A stretch of 48,414 nucleotides of DNA from Verrucomicrobiales bacterium (lineage in GTDB: Bacteria > Verrucomicrobiota > Verrucomicrobiia > Verrucomicrobiales > V1-33). The DNA lies in contig JANOAV010000104.1 of the NCBI GenBank assembly GCA_031411295.1, positions 1 to 48,414 on the forward strand. The letters are read 5' to 3'. The position numbers and the translations under genes were made by a program. Below, one piece after another: positions 8,730 to 17,414 of this stretch (position 1 is its first letter; the number at the start of each line of letters is the position of its first letter). A model generated the notes under the pieces. That model saw only the letters and a list, made by a program, of their open reading frames with translations. It made no database searches and was not told the DNA's origin.

Positions 8730-11003
8730 ATGAGTCAACGCTACCAAGTTCAAGGAAAAATCGGTCAAGGAGGCCTGGGAGAAGTGTATCTGGCCAAGGA
8801 TACCCAACTCGACCGGGACGTGGCGCTGAAGCGGGTGAAAGTGCCTGAGGGGGGAAATTTAGAGGCGATGTCGGCGGACCTCATACGTGAGGCCAAGACG
8901 CTCTCGGCGTTACAACACCCTAACATTGTTACGGTTTACGACGTCGGCAAGGATGAGAATGGTCCTTTCGTGGTCTTGGAATTACTCAAAGGAGAAACCT
9001 TGGACGCGGTCATTGAGCGCGGCGGCATGACCTTGGACGATTTCAAGCAAGTGGTGATGCAAACCTTGGAAGGACTGTTGGCGGCCCAAGCCGTGGGATT
9101 GGTTCACCGTGATCTCAAGCCCGGCAACCTGATGGTGATCTGGCTCGCGAGTGGTAAATTTCAGATTAAGATTCTCGATTTCGGATTGGCGAAGTTTGGA
9201 CTCAAAGCGCGGCCTCAGACCGAAGATCAGGGAGGAGGAATCTTCGGTTCCATCTTTTTCATGGCACCCGAGCAGTTCGAGCGTTTCCCGTTGGATGCTC
9301 GGACGGATATGTATTCCCTTGGGTGCATCTACTATCAAATATTGACCACCAAACACCCCTTCGACGGGGAAACGGGCGCAGAGGTCATGGCCAGCCACCT
9401 CCAGCATCACGTCAAGCCCCTGAAGCAAGTGCGCGGTGATCTGCCCGACTGGCTCTGCCATTGGGTTATGTGGTTAATCAGTCGGGAAATGGATGATCGC
9501 CCGTCGGATGCCCGCATTGCCTTGGAATACTTCACTGCCCAACAGCACGGGCTCAAGGGCGTGCCGCCGCCCCCAACTGCGGGGTCCGGGACGTCTGGTC
9601 GCCTAGGCGCACCTCGTCCAGTCTATCGTCCCGGAGCGGTTGGCGCCACCACAGGCCCCATCGCGGGCAATGCAAGTCAAGCCATCCAAGCTCAGGGCAC
9701 CATGGCCGCTGCCCGCAGCAGCACGCCAGTGGTGGAAAAGATCGTCAAGCCCAAGTCCAACAAGGGATTATGGATTGGATTGTCCGTTCTGATCGCAGCT
9801 TTGGCTGGTGGCATTGCTTATCTGTTTCTGGCACCGCAGCCACCTGTGGCCGAGACCGTCACGACATCCCCTCCGCCCCCAGTTACACCGCCCCCGCCAG
9901 CCCCGAAGGAGAGCCCACCCACCCCACCAGAAGTGGCACCCAAGCCAACGGTCCAAACTCCTCCTGAACCTCAGAAGCCCAAGCCTAAACCTGCGGTGGT
10001 GGTGGCCCCGAAGCCTACGCCTGCTCCAGCCCCGGCAGTTGCCCCAAGCTCGGCTGGCAAGGCTCTCTTGGACGGGCTCCTGGGATCTGACCTGGCAGGT
10101 GTCGTGGCGAAACTTCCTCCTGTCGAAAAGGCGCGCATCCCGCTTCTGGCCTCAGCGTTAGCCTCCGCCAGTCCTGCAGAGCGCACTCGCCTGCATCGGA
10201 TCATTGGCTCAGAACAACTGATGAATAGTTCCCAACTCCTCCGCGCCGACCTGAACCATGCTTCGGCTGATGTGCGGGAGGCGGCCCTCAAAGCCGTCTC
10301 CGCTTTCTTCCCCAAGACCAGCGTAGCAGATGATCTGCTGAAGTGTGCGCAGGCTGGAGAGTTAGACAATGCTCTCGCTGCCTATGGATTCCTCACTAGC
10401 CGGTTCGGAACCAAAGTGGAAGACCGAGTTGCTCTCCTCAAAAAAGCCCAGCCCCTAGCGACCTCGCCCGCCAGCAAGAATTCCCTCATTCAAGCGGTCT
10501 CCACGATTGCCCATCCCTCAGCCAAGGTCTTGGCTAAAGAACTTCAAGCCCCTGCGGCGGAGCAAATGGTGACTGCTGCCATCGCCAAGATCAAGGTTGC
10601 CTCACCCGGGGCGGATCTGCTCCTGCCTGCGAGCGAGGCTTACATCATGGGGCCGTTACTGGGAGCACCCACGCTGGATCCCGCCACCAATAGCATCGTC
10701 GGCTGGACCAGTCCCGAAAACTTCGTTGGTTGGGATGTCGAATTCAAAGCGCAGCGAGAGGTTCGGATCAGGCTCTCGCTGACTAATACTGCGAAAGAAA
10801 CGGCTTCTTACCGCCTCATCGTTGGCAAACCATCCCTCCCGTTAATCGTCCCGCAATCTCCCAGCGACACCCAGCCAGTCAGCACCGAGGATGTTTCGAT
10901 CACTGTCACCCCGGGAATCTACCGGTTCGTGATTGCCCCAGCCAACTTACCGCCAGGGCAAAGCTTAATGCAGCTGCGGGGGGCGATTTTGCTCAAGCAA
11001 TGA
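8730..11003 (+). CDS. Hanks-type Ser/Thr protein kinase with TM, Pro-rich linker, HEAT-like repeats and a C-terminal beta-sandwich (CBM-like) domain
   Basis: GQGGLGEVY, VALK, HPNIV, HRDLKPGN, DFG, APE and DMYSLG all intact; TM LWIGLSVLIAALAGGIAYLFL; VREAALKAV HEAT-like motif. Confidence 0.9.
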   Translation: MSQRYQVQGKIGQGGLGEVYLAKDTQLDRDVALKRVKVPEGGNLEAMSADLIREAKTLSALQHPNIVTVYDVGKDENGPFVVLELLKGETLDAVIERGGMTLDDFKQVVMQTLEGLLAAQAVGLVHRDLKPGNLMVIWLASGKFQIKILDFGLAKFGLKARPQTEDQGGGIFGSIFFMAPEQFERFPLDARTDMYSLGCIYYQILTTKHPFDGETGAEVMASHLQHHVKPLKQVRGDLPDWLCHWVMWLISREMDDRPSDARIALEYFTAQQHGLKGVPPPPTAGSGTSGRLGAPRPVYRPGAVGATTGPIAGNASQAIQAQGTMAAARSSTPVVEKIVKPKSNKGLWIGLSVLIAALAGGIAYLFLAPQPPVAETVTTSPPPPVTPPPPAPKESPPTPPEVAPKPTVQTPPEPQKPKPKPAVVVAPKPTPAPAPAVAPSSAGKALLDGLLGSDLAGVVAKLPPVEKARIPLLASALASASPAERTRLHRIIGSEQLMNSSQLLRADLNHASADVREAALKAVSAFFPKTSVADDLLKCAQAGELDNALAAYGFLTSRFGTKVEDRVALLKKAQPLATSPASKNSLIQAVSTIAHPSAKVLAKELQAPAAEQMVTAAIAKIKVASPGADLLLPASEAYIMGPLLGAPTLDPATNSIVGWTSPENFVGWDVEFKAQREVRIRLSLTNTAKETASYRLIVGKPSLPLIVPQSPSDTQPVSTEDVSITVTPGIYRFVIAPANLPPGQSLMQLRGAILLKQ

Positions 11004-11068
11004 GCCACCTCTTAATCCATTGATACCCACGGATGTTTCGGCAGGGGATCCCAGCTACCTCGCTTGGG

Positions 11069-11500
11069 TTACGGCCCAAACTGGGAACCCAGCATCCCCA
11101 GCTTAGCTGGCAAAATGCCTGACACTTTGTCTAGTAACTGCCCAATTTTGGGCGGCGTGAGCAGCAAACCCTTGACCCGAGCATCGCGTAATAAGTGCTC
11201 CTGCTTGGTTGATTCAGAGGCATCGCAGAGGAAAATGATGGCCGGAGTTATCCGCCCGCCCTGCGCGTGCTGATGGGCCGTGCTAATCAACTCGTAAAGC
11301 AGGGCACCGTCCAACGGTTCCATTTTCAGAGCAAAGACATAGAGCCGATACTCCCGCTGCAGGGCCCTCTCATACCCGGCCAGCGAAGCCGAAGTGGCCT
11401 CCACTTGGCACTCACAAAACGCCTCCAACGTCTCTTTCACCAAGCGGGACAGAGCCACATCGGGATGCACCAGTAGAACTTTGGTGGGGGGCGGATTCAT
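11069..11500 (-). CDS. Stand-alone atypical (pseudo-)receiver domain protein
   Basis: CheY-like pattern KVLLVHPD...LYVFALKMEPLDG...PAIIFL...GLLLTPP; the acidic pocket, phosphoacceptor Asp and Lys are replaced; start ATG 11500 chosen to avoid overlap with the upstream gene. Confidence 0.7.
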   Translation of the reverse strand: MNPPPTKVLLVHPDVALSRLVKETLEAFCECQVEATSASLAGYERALQREYRLYVFALKMEPLDGALLYELISTAHQHAQGGRITPAIIFLCDASESTKQEHLLRDARVKGLLLTPPKIGQLLDKVSGILPAKLGMLGSQFGP

Positions 11501-11511
11501 GAGTGCATTAT

Positions 11512-12711
11512 TTAAAACACTCTGGCCCAGAGCAACTTCAAGTAACTGCTCTCCAGGCAATTGGACATCACTGGATGGTCCGGGCCAGCTATCGTGCGAT
11601 CGATAAATTGCAGGCGCTTCTTTTCGCGATGCGCGGCTCTGATCACAATGGTTTCAAATTCTTCGGTGCTCAATAAGCCGGAACACGAGCAGGTGACAAT
11701 GATTCCGCCCGGAGCCACCAGGGTCATGGCCAGGCGATTTAGATCCTCATACTTGCGCCTGCCCCCGTCGTCCTCCTCGCGGCTGAAGACCAGCTTCGGC
11801 GGGTCCAGAATCACCACCTCCCACTTGCGACCCTGCCCCTGCATTTGTCGCGCATATTGAAAGGCATCCGTGTGCACCCAGTTAATCCGACACATGTTCA
11901 GGTTGGCATTTTGCTTCGCCTGCTCAATGGCCTTTTCGTCCAGATCAACGCCAGTGACCTCTTCCGCTCCGCCCAGCACCTTGGCTGCCAGGGAGAATCC
12001 ACCCGTGTAGCAACAAAGGTCCAAGACGTTCTTTCCTTTGGTAAAATGGGCCAGCTTCCGCCGATTCTCCCGCTGATCACAGAAGAACCCCGTCTTGTGG
12101 CCTTCGGCAAAGTTGACCAAATAACGCACGCCATGTTCGCGAATCTTCGCGCTGCGAACATTGGAGGGGTTCTCCATTTCCCGCTGCGGAATCGCTTCAA
12201 TCTCTGCTATATCTCGATCCACGCTGATGAGATGTCGCTTGGTTCCCAGCGTTTCGTGCAGGATCGGCAGCCATTGCGGGAGGCGGCTCCAGACGCCGAA
12301 ACTGTGGGTTTCCACCCGCAACACGTCAGCATATTTATCGACGATCAAGCCGCTCAGACCATCGCCATCCGAGTGAATCACGCGATAGGCATCCGTGGTC
12401 TCATCGAGCTGGCACAGGTCCCGCCGCAGACTCACTGCACGCTGCAACAACCCCGGGAAATCCTCCTCCGCAAAGCCATCCGTTCGATGTGACATCATCC
12501 GCAGCGGCACCCGGGCGCCCGGATTCCAGAACCCCGCTCCAAAGCGCTGACCCTCCTTATCATACACCGTCACCAAATCCCCCCGCTTTACGCCCGCAGA
12601 GACATGGGCGATGAACCGCGGATAGACCGTCGGTTGATAAGTGAAATACTTCAACTGCACCCAGGGTTTGGGCCAGTCAGCGGTATCGGGAGGAGGAGGA
12701 GGAAATTTCAT
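11512..12711 (-). CDS. rlmI: RlmI-like class I SAM-dependent rRNA methyltransferase
   Basis: PUA-like N-terminus; HSDGDGLSGLIVD, GHKTGFFCDQRENR, VLDLCCYTGGFS, ILDPP, TCSCS, DHP and YLK motifs; start at 12711 or 12720 is uncertain. Confidence 0.82.
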   Translation of the reverse strand: MKFPPPPPDTADWPKPWVQLKYFTYQPTVYPRFIAHVSAGVKRGDLVTVYDKEGQRFGAGFWNPGARVPLRMMSHRTDGFAEEDFPGLLQRAVSLRRDLCQLDETTDAYRVIHSDGDGLSGLIVDKYADVLRVETHSFGVWSRLPQWLPILHETLGTKRHLISVDRDIAEIEAIPQREMENPSNVRSAKIREHGVRYLVNFAEGHKTGFFCDQRENRRKLAHFTKGKNVLDLCCYTGGFSLAAKVLGGAEEVTGVDLDEKAIEQAKQNANLNMCRINWVHTDAFQYARQMQGQGRKWEVVILDPPKLVFSREEDDGGRRKYEDLNRLAMTLVAPGGIIVTCSCSGLLSTEEFETIVIRAAHREKKRLQFIDRTIAGPDHPVMSNCLESSYLKLLWARVF

Positions 12712-12810
12712 GAAGAGCATCTCTCCATAAGCACGAATCCGTCGCATGCCAGTGGAGATTCAGCATTTTCCGACCCCGGTAGAGGTAAAATCGATTTTTG
12801 GCCAGGGAGC

Positions 12811-13875
12811 TTACAGATCCATCACGCAGCGGAAGCCAGTGTGGTTCGCGCTCGTGTCCGGAGTGGTCCATTGGCGCGCGCTGGGGCGATAGCCGCTGCA
12901 ATAGCAATCATTGCAGAGCCAGGAGCCACCGCGGATGACTTTGCACGGCACGTTGTTGCCATGCAATTGATCTGGCACTGGGGGGGAGCCGGGGGGATTG
13001 GAGTCCGGAGAGCGGGAGTAGTAATCCGGTGCGAACCAATCGTTCACCCATTCCCAGACATTTCCCGCCATTTGATAGAGACCGTAACCATTGGGGGCGT
13101 AAGATTTGGCGGGAGCCAAGCCCCGAAAGCCATCGGCGGAGGAATTCGCATGGGGGAAATCTCCCTGCCAGATATTGCAGAGCCATTTTCCTTCCGGGTT
13201 CATTTCCTTGCCCCACACGAAAGGCTGCTGCTCCAAGCCACCGCGCGCGGCATACTCCCATTCCGCTTCCGTCGGCAGGCGCTTGCCGGCCCACTTGCAG
13301 TAGGCGGTGGCATCGTCCCACGAAATGCAGACCACGGGAAAATCCAGCTTGTCTTCGATGGTGCTTTCCGGGCCTTCGGGATGTCGCCAGTTGGCCCCGA
13401 CTTTGTATTCCCACCATTGCATTTCCGCCTGCGGGGTAAAAGTTTCCACTGGTTCAGTGGTGCCAACGAAATGATTGGCTCCAGGCTTGAGGAGTGCCGG
13501 ATCAGCATCGGGAAATTCCTCCGCCGTGGGCATGCGTTCGGCCTGCGTGACGTGCTTGGTGGCTTCCACGAACGCCTTGAACTGGGCGTTGGTGACTTCG
13601 GTGACATCCATCCAGAATCCCTTCAGGGTAACCTTATGAATGGGACCAATATGGGGCTTGGCGGAGTCTTCCTCACCCATGAGGAATGACCCGGCGGGAA
13701 TCTGCACCATCCCTTCTGGGGCTTTGGCCGCAGGGGCGGGGGCGCGGGATACTTCGAGCGGTGGGAGCGCCTTGGTTTCGTTCGTGAGTCCGTGGGGTTC
13801 GCGATCACAGGAGGCCAGCGCCCATGCCAGCAAGCACAGCGCAAGGCTCGGTTTAACTAACGTCGATTTTTGCAT
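12811..13875 (-). CDS. Formylglycine-generating enzyme (SUMF1/FGE family), lipoprotein
   Basis: TEVTNAQF, RLPTEAEWEYAARGG, NGYGLYQMAGNVWEW, RGGSWLCNDCYCSGYRPSAR and HTGFRC; lipobox LASC. Confidence 0.92.
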   Translation of the reverse strand: MQKSTLVKPSLALCLLAWALASCDREPHGLTNETKALPPLEVSRAPAPAAKAPEGMVQIPAGSFLMGEEDSAKPHIGPIHKVTLKGFWMDVTEVTNAQFKAFVEATKHVTQAERMPTAEEFPDADPALLKPGANHFVGTTEPVETFTPQAEMQWWEYKVGANWRHPEGPESTIEDKLDFPVVCISWDDATAYCKWAGKRLPTEAEWEYAARGGLEQQPFVWGKEMNPEGKWLCNIWQGDFPHANSSADGFRGLAPAKSYAPNGYGLYQMAGNVWEWVNDWFAPDYYSRSPDSNPPGSPPVPDQLHGNNVPCKVIRGGSWLCNDCYCSGYRPSARQWTTPDTSANHTGFRCVMDL

Positions 13876-14327
13876 ATGCCATGTTTTTCAAGTTCATCGC
13901 AGTGCGCCTCGATACGAATGGATTTACTGGCAGGGTTAAACCCGAGGCGCCGGGTAATGCAGTCCTCCAGCAGGCTGATGTGATGGTCTTCAAATTCCAC
14001 CACCCGCTGGCAATCCAGACAGATGAGGTGGTTGTGGTTGGGGCTATCGATAAAGTTAGGATCATACACCGTTTGATCCCTTCCCAAATCAATTTCCCGC
14101 AGGAGTCCCGATTCAACGAGCAATCCCAAGGTGCGATACAAGGTGGAGCGGGAGGTCGTCCGATCCAGTAAACGCGCCATTTCCCACAGTTCGTCTGCGG
14201 TAAAATGCTCGTTGGTCGTCAGGGCGGCCTGGATGATGACTTGGCGTTGCTTGGTGCGCTTCAATCCCTTCGCGGTGATGAAATCATCAACGCGCTTTTG
14301 CACTGCGGGATCGAGTTGGCGGGGCAT
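13857..14327 (-). CDS. fur: Fur-family metalloregulator
   Basis: T.QR..I, HFTADEL, STLYRTL and HNHLICLDC...EF motifs; the exact subfamily (Fur/Zur/PerR) cannot be determined by eye. Confidence 0.88.
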   Translation of the reverse strand: MPRQLDPAVQKRVDDFITAKGLKRTKQRQVIIQAALTTNEHFTADELWEMARLLDRTTSRSTLYRTLGLLVESGLLREIDLGRDQTVYDPNFIDSPNHNHLICLDCQRVVEFEDHHISLLEDCITRRLGFNPASKSIRIEAHCDELEKHGICKNRR

Positions 14328-14337
14328 AGTCTGGGGC

Positions 14338-14796
14338 TTAGGCGGCCGTCACTGTATAATGGTGCACCGCCGGATTGACGATATCTTTCACGAAGCGATC
14401 GCTCAGTTCTGCGACCTGAGGGGCCTCAGCTCCATAGAGGTAAACGCGCCGCTCGATCTTGAGTTTCTCCAGCTTGAAAGGTGGATTCTCGAGACTTTTA
14501 AAATAAGTCAGGATCATTTCCTTCTCCAGATCAAGCGCCCCGGGTTTCATCCCGTAGTCGAGATAGAAACTGTATCCCCCCAGCACCGGAGCTTCGCTCA
14601 AGTGCAGTTCGTGGCTGGTGGCGTCGCTCAGAACTCGGGTCAGGAACGCTTCACAGGCCCGCTCATCTCCCGAGGCCTCCACGGTGTAGCGGCGGGATTC
14701 ACGGAAGGTGAGGGGAGTCGCCAGCGGAGCATAGAGGAGCTTGTTGGCATCAGCAGCGTGGTCATAGCGACCGAGGACTTCGGCTTTAAAGGACAT
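14338..14796 (-). CDS. PurS-like protein (probable tandem PurS domains)
   Basis: C-half MKPGALDLE...DIVNPAVHHY resembles PurS LKPGVLDP...LANPVIE.Y; about twice the usual PurS length; overlaps the purC stop. Confidence 0.6.
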   Translation of the reverse strand: MSFKAEVLGRYDHAADANKLLYAPLATPLTFRESRRYTVEASGDERACEAFLTRVLSDATSHELHLSEAPVLGGYSFYLDYGMKPGALDLEKEMILTYFKSLENPPFKLEKLKIERRVYLYGAEAPQVAELSDRFVKDIVNPAVHHYTVTAA

Positions 14797-15496
14797 GTTT
14801 GATGCGGTCTAGAATTTCAGAGTAACCTTGCATGAGATCCCCCAGATCTTGGCGGAAACGATCCTTGTCCAGCTTCTCCCCTGTCTTATCGTCCCACAAG
14901 CGGCAGGTGTCAGGGGAAATTTCATCGGCCAGGACGATGTTGTGTTTGTTGGGATAGAGGCGGCCATATTCCAACTTAAAGTCCACCAAGGTGAGGCCGG
15001 CCTTGGCAAATACTTTGGTTAGAATCTGATTCACTTTCAGCCCACTGCGTTTGATTTTTTCCAACTCATCGGGGCGCGCCAGATTCAATTCGCGGATGTG
15101 CTCGTCGGTGATCATGGGGTCCCCGAGGTTGTCGTCTTTGTAGTAGGTCTCGATAATCGGTTGCCGCAGTTTCTGTCCCTCGGGCAGGCCGGTGCGCTTG
15201 GCCAGACTTCCGGCCACGATGTTGCGGATCACCAGTTCAATTTTGACGACCTCAACGCGCCGCACGATGACGGCGGTTTCATTGTGATCTCTCAGGAAGT
15301 GGGTCGTGATCCCTTCCTTCTCCAGCATTTCGTAGAGCAGGACGCTGAGTTCCTTGTTGATACGACCCTTTTGCGCGAACGAGGCCTTTTTGGCTCCGTT
15401 GAATGCGGTCGCATCATCCTTGAATTCCATTAGGACTTCGTTCGGTTCGTCAGTTTCGTAGAGGCGCTTGGCCTTGCCTTCGTAGATTAATTTCAT
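14786..15496 (-). CDS. purC: Phosphoribosylaminoimidazole-succinocarboxamide (SAICAR) synthase
   Basis: YEGKAK, FKDDATAF, E.V.RN..AGS, KDD.LGDP, LVDFKLEYG, ADEISPDTCRLWD and DKDRFR. Confidence 0.97.
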   Translation of the reverse strand: MKLIYEGKAKRLYETDEPNEVLMEFKDDATAFNGAKKASFAQKGRINKELSVLLYEMLEKEGITTHFLRDHNETAVIVRRVEVVKIELVIRNIVAGSLAKRTGLPEGQKLRQPIIETYYKDDNLGDPMITDEHIRELNLARPDELEKIKRSGLKVNQILTKVFAKAGLTLVDFKLEYGRLYPNKHNIVLADEISPDTCRLWDDKTGEKLDKDRFRQDLGDLMQGYSEILDRIKHVL

Positions 15497-15600
15497 GAGA
15501 TTGGTAGAGGATTTTGAGGGAGTCTAATGCATGGGGGAATCTCCCCCTTGAGTCAAACTAGGATTTGCAGAATCGCGAACGGAATTTATCCCTTAATCGA

Positions 15601-17181
15601 ATGTCTCAACCGCTGCCCAATCCCTATGAACATGAGTTGCCCCCAGAAGCATTGATTCTGGGACGGCCTGTCGCTTGGGCGTTGACGGTGTGTTTTCTTG
15701 CCCTCATCACGGTGCCGTCTCTGTGGCAGGACGGCAGGGAGTGGTCGCGTGATCAAGGGTGGATTCCGGCGGTGGAGTTTGTGAGGACGGTGCGGGGAGT
15801 CGATGCGCCAGGCCGGGCCATGGCGGATCGGCTGCGCACGTATGAGCAGAGTCTGGAACAGCATTTGGAATGGGCCAGACCACTTCGCCAATGGGCCCAA
15901 CGTCAGCAAACGAAATGGCTGGGGGCGGGGAATCACAAGGTTGCTCTAGGGAGCGAGGGGTGGATGTTTTATCGGCCGGAAATTAAAGCGCTGACAGGAT
16001 ACGGCCCCCTGCGGGAGGAGCCGCAGTCGGTTGCCAGTGATCCCAGCTTGAGAGCGTGGCAGCCGCCGTTGCAGCCAATCCTCGATTTTGCTGAGCAACT
16101 CCAATCACGTGGTATCGAGCTTTGGCTGGTCCCGGTTCCCATGAAAGAATCCATTTATCCCGAGCTGCTCGGGGGGCAAGCGAGCGGGCCAGTAGTGCAT
16201 CCAGATCAGGCGGAGTTCTATGGAACATTATCTGCCAATGGGTTGAAAATTATTGAGTTGAATCAGTTTTTATGGGACATGAAATTGCAAGATTCCACCC
16301 AGGGGCCGGTCTATCTGCGCACGGATACCCACTGGGCTCCGCGGGCAATGCAAGGAGTGGCAGCGTTGTTGGCAGAAAAGTTGGGCCAAGTCCAGACTCC
16401 GCAGGCGCTCCGCAAAATGGTGACTGGAGCCGGGGATTTATCGGAGAAACTGGATCTTGGTGTCGAGGGGAAGCCGGAGGAGGTTTCGATTCAGGTGCCG
16501 CCTCGAATCACCAGCGCTGCCGCTGCCCGCATCACTTTGCTGGGGGACTCCTTTGTAAATATTTATCGCGACCCTGGCTTGGGCTTTGGAGAGGGCGCGG
16601 GGTTCGGGGAGCAACTCAGTTCGGCCTTGGGGGAACCGATCGAGATCATCGGCATCAATGGCGGCGGGGCTAGCCAAGTGCGGCAGCGCTTTGCTTCCAA
16701 GACCCCGGCTGAGCTGAATCGAATCCGCATTGTGATTTGGGTCCTAGCGGCGCGCGATTTGTTCCTTGGACGTGCCGAATCACAGGCAAATCAAGTGACT
16801 TGGGAAGAAGTAAAATTTCCTGCTAAAGTGCTGAAACCAAGCGAGTTGGTGGGGGAATTTACGGAAGCCAGGGTCATGGCCACGGTCGTGGAGATTTCTC
16901 CGATTGCGTCCGATCTGAACCCTCAAGCAACCACCTATCCCAACGCGGTCGTGGCCGTGAAATACCGGGTGGAGCAAGTTCTTAGCGGAAGCTTGTTACC
17001 AAGGGACATTACGGTCTATCAATGGCTGTTCAAGCAGCGGGCGTGGCAACCAGCGTCAAAACTAAAACCTGGACAGCAGCTATCTTTGAAACTGCTCCCG
17101 TGGAATGAGGCCAGGGACGCCTTCTCCGCCAATCAATTCGACGAGTTCCACGATCTTGAGCCCTACTGGGGCGAACCGTAG
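15601..17181 (+). CDS. AlgX/AlgJ-like SGNH polysaccharide O-acetyltransferase with an extra C-terminal domain
   Basis: N-terminal TM; G.EGWMFY, VP.KESIYPE, Y.RTDTHW and LLGDSF motifs of the ALGX family. Confidence 0.82.
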   Translation: MSQPLPNPYEHELPPEALILGRPVAWALTVCFLALITVPSLWQDGREWSRDQGWIPAVEFVRTVRGVDAPGRAMADRLRTYEQSLEQHLEWARPLRQWAQRQQTKWLGAGNHKVALGSEGWMFYRPEIKALTGYGPLREEPQSVASDPSLRAWQPPLQPILDFAEQLQSRGIELWLVPVPMKESIYPELLGGQASGPVVHPDQAEFYGTLSANGLKIIELNQFLWDMKLQDSTQGPVYLRTDTHWAPRAMQGVAALLAEKLGQVQTPQALRKMVTGAGDLSEKLDLGVEGKPEEVSIQVPPRITSAAAARITLLGDSFVNIYRDPGLGFGEGAGFGEQLSSALGEPIEIIGINGGGASQVRQRFASKTPAELNRIRIVIWVLAARDLFLGRAESQANQVTWEEVKFPAKVLKPSELVGEFTEARVMATVVEISPIASDLNPQATTYPNAVVAVKYRVEQVLSGSLLPRDITVYQWLFKQRAWQPASKLKPGQQLSLKLLPWNEARDAFSANQFDEFHDLEPYWGEP

Positions 17182-17268
17182 TCCAGGGCTTCAGCCCACA
17201 AAGATGCCCGGCTGAATCTAGACGTCCGATTCACGGGGCGTGCTCAACGGGCTGAAGCCCCGGACTAC
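17178..17268. repeat. REPIN-like element: inverted pair of GTAG-class REP units
   Basis: GTAGTCCAGGGCTTCAGCCC (17178-17197) versus the reverse complement of 17249-17268, GTAGTCCGGGGCTTCAGCCC: 19/20 identical; each arm has a GGGCT-TC-AGCCC hairpin. Confidence 0.8.
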
Positions 17269-17325
17269 CGGGGTTTTAGCCGAAAGCGGTATGCCGCCCG
17301 AACCAGCCAGAACTCATTTTCCTCT

Positions 17326-17414
17326 GCCGAAAGAAACGAAAAAAGTCCGAAAAAATGAGATCACTGACCAACTACCTCCAAATCCTTTTTTCGACTTCTC
17401 TCGCTTTTTTCGGC
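17326..17414. repeat. Imperfect A-rich/T-rich inverted repeat (MITE-like or structured RNA)
   Basis: GCCGAAAGAAACGAAAAAAGTCCGAAAAAA (17326-17355) versus the reverse complement of 17386-17414, GCCGAAAAAAGCGAGAGAAGTCGAAAAAA. Confidence 0.6.

Noticed and set aside
9830..10050. Pro-rich repeats in the kinase (also the sucB linker and regulator tail) as DNA tandem repeats
   Set aside because: Ordinary low-complexity protein linkers without nucleotide-level periodicity
12604..13689. 361-aa plus-strand ORF
   Set aside because: Antisense shadow of the well-supported FGE gene; no recognisable motifs
15533..15547. Palindrome GGGGGA-ATC-TCCCCC between purC and the algX-like gene
   Set aside because: Single, short, low-complexity; cannot be assigned as an operator or terminator
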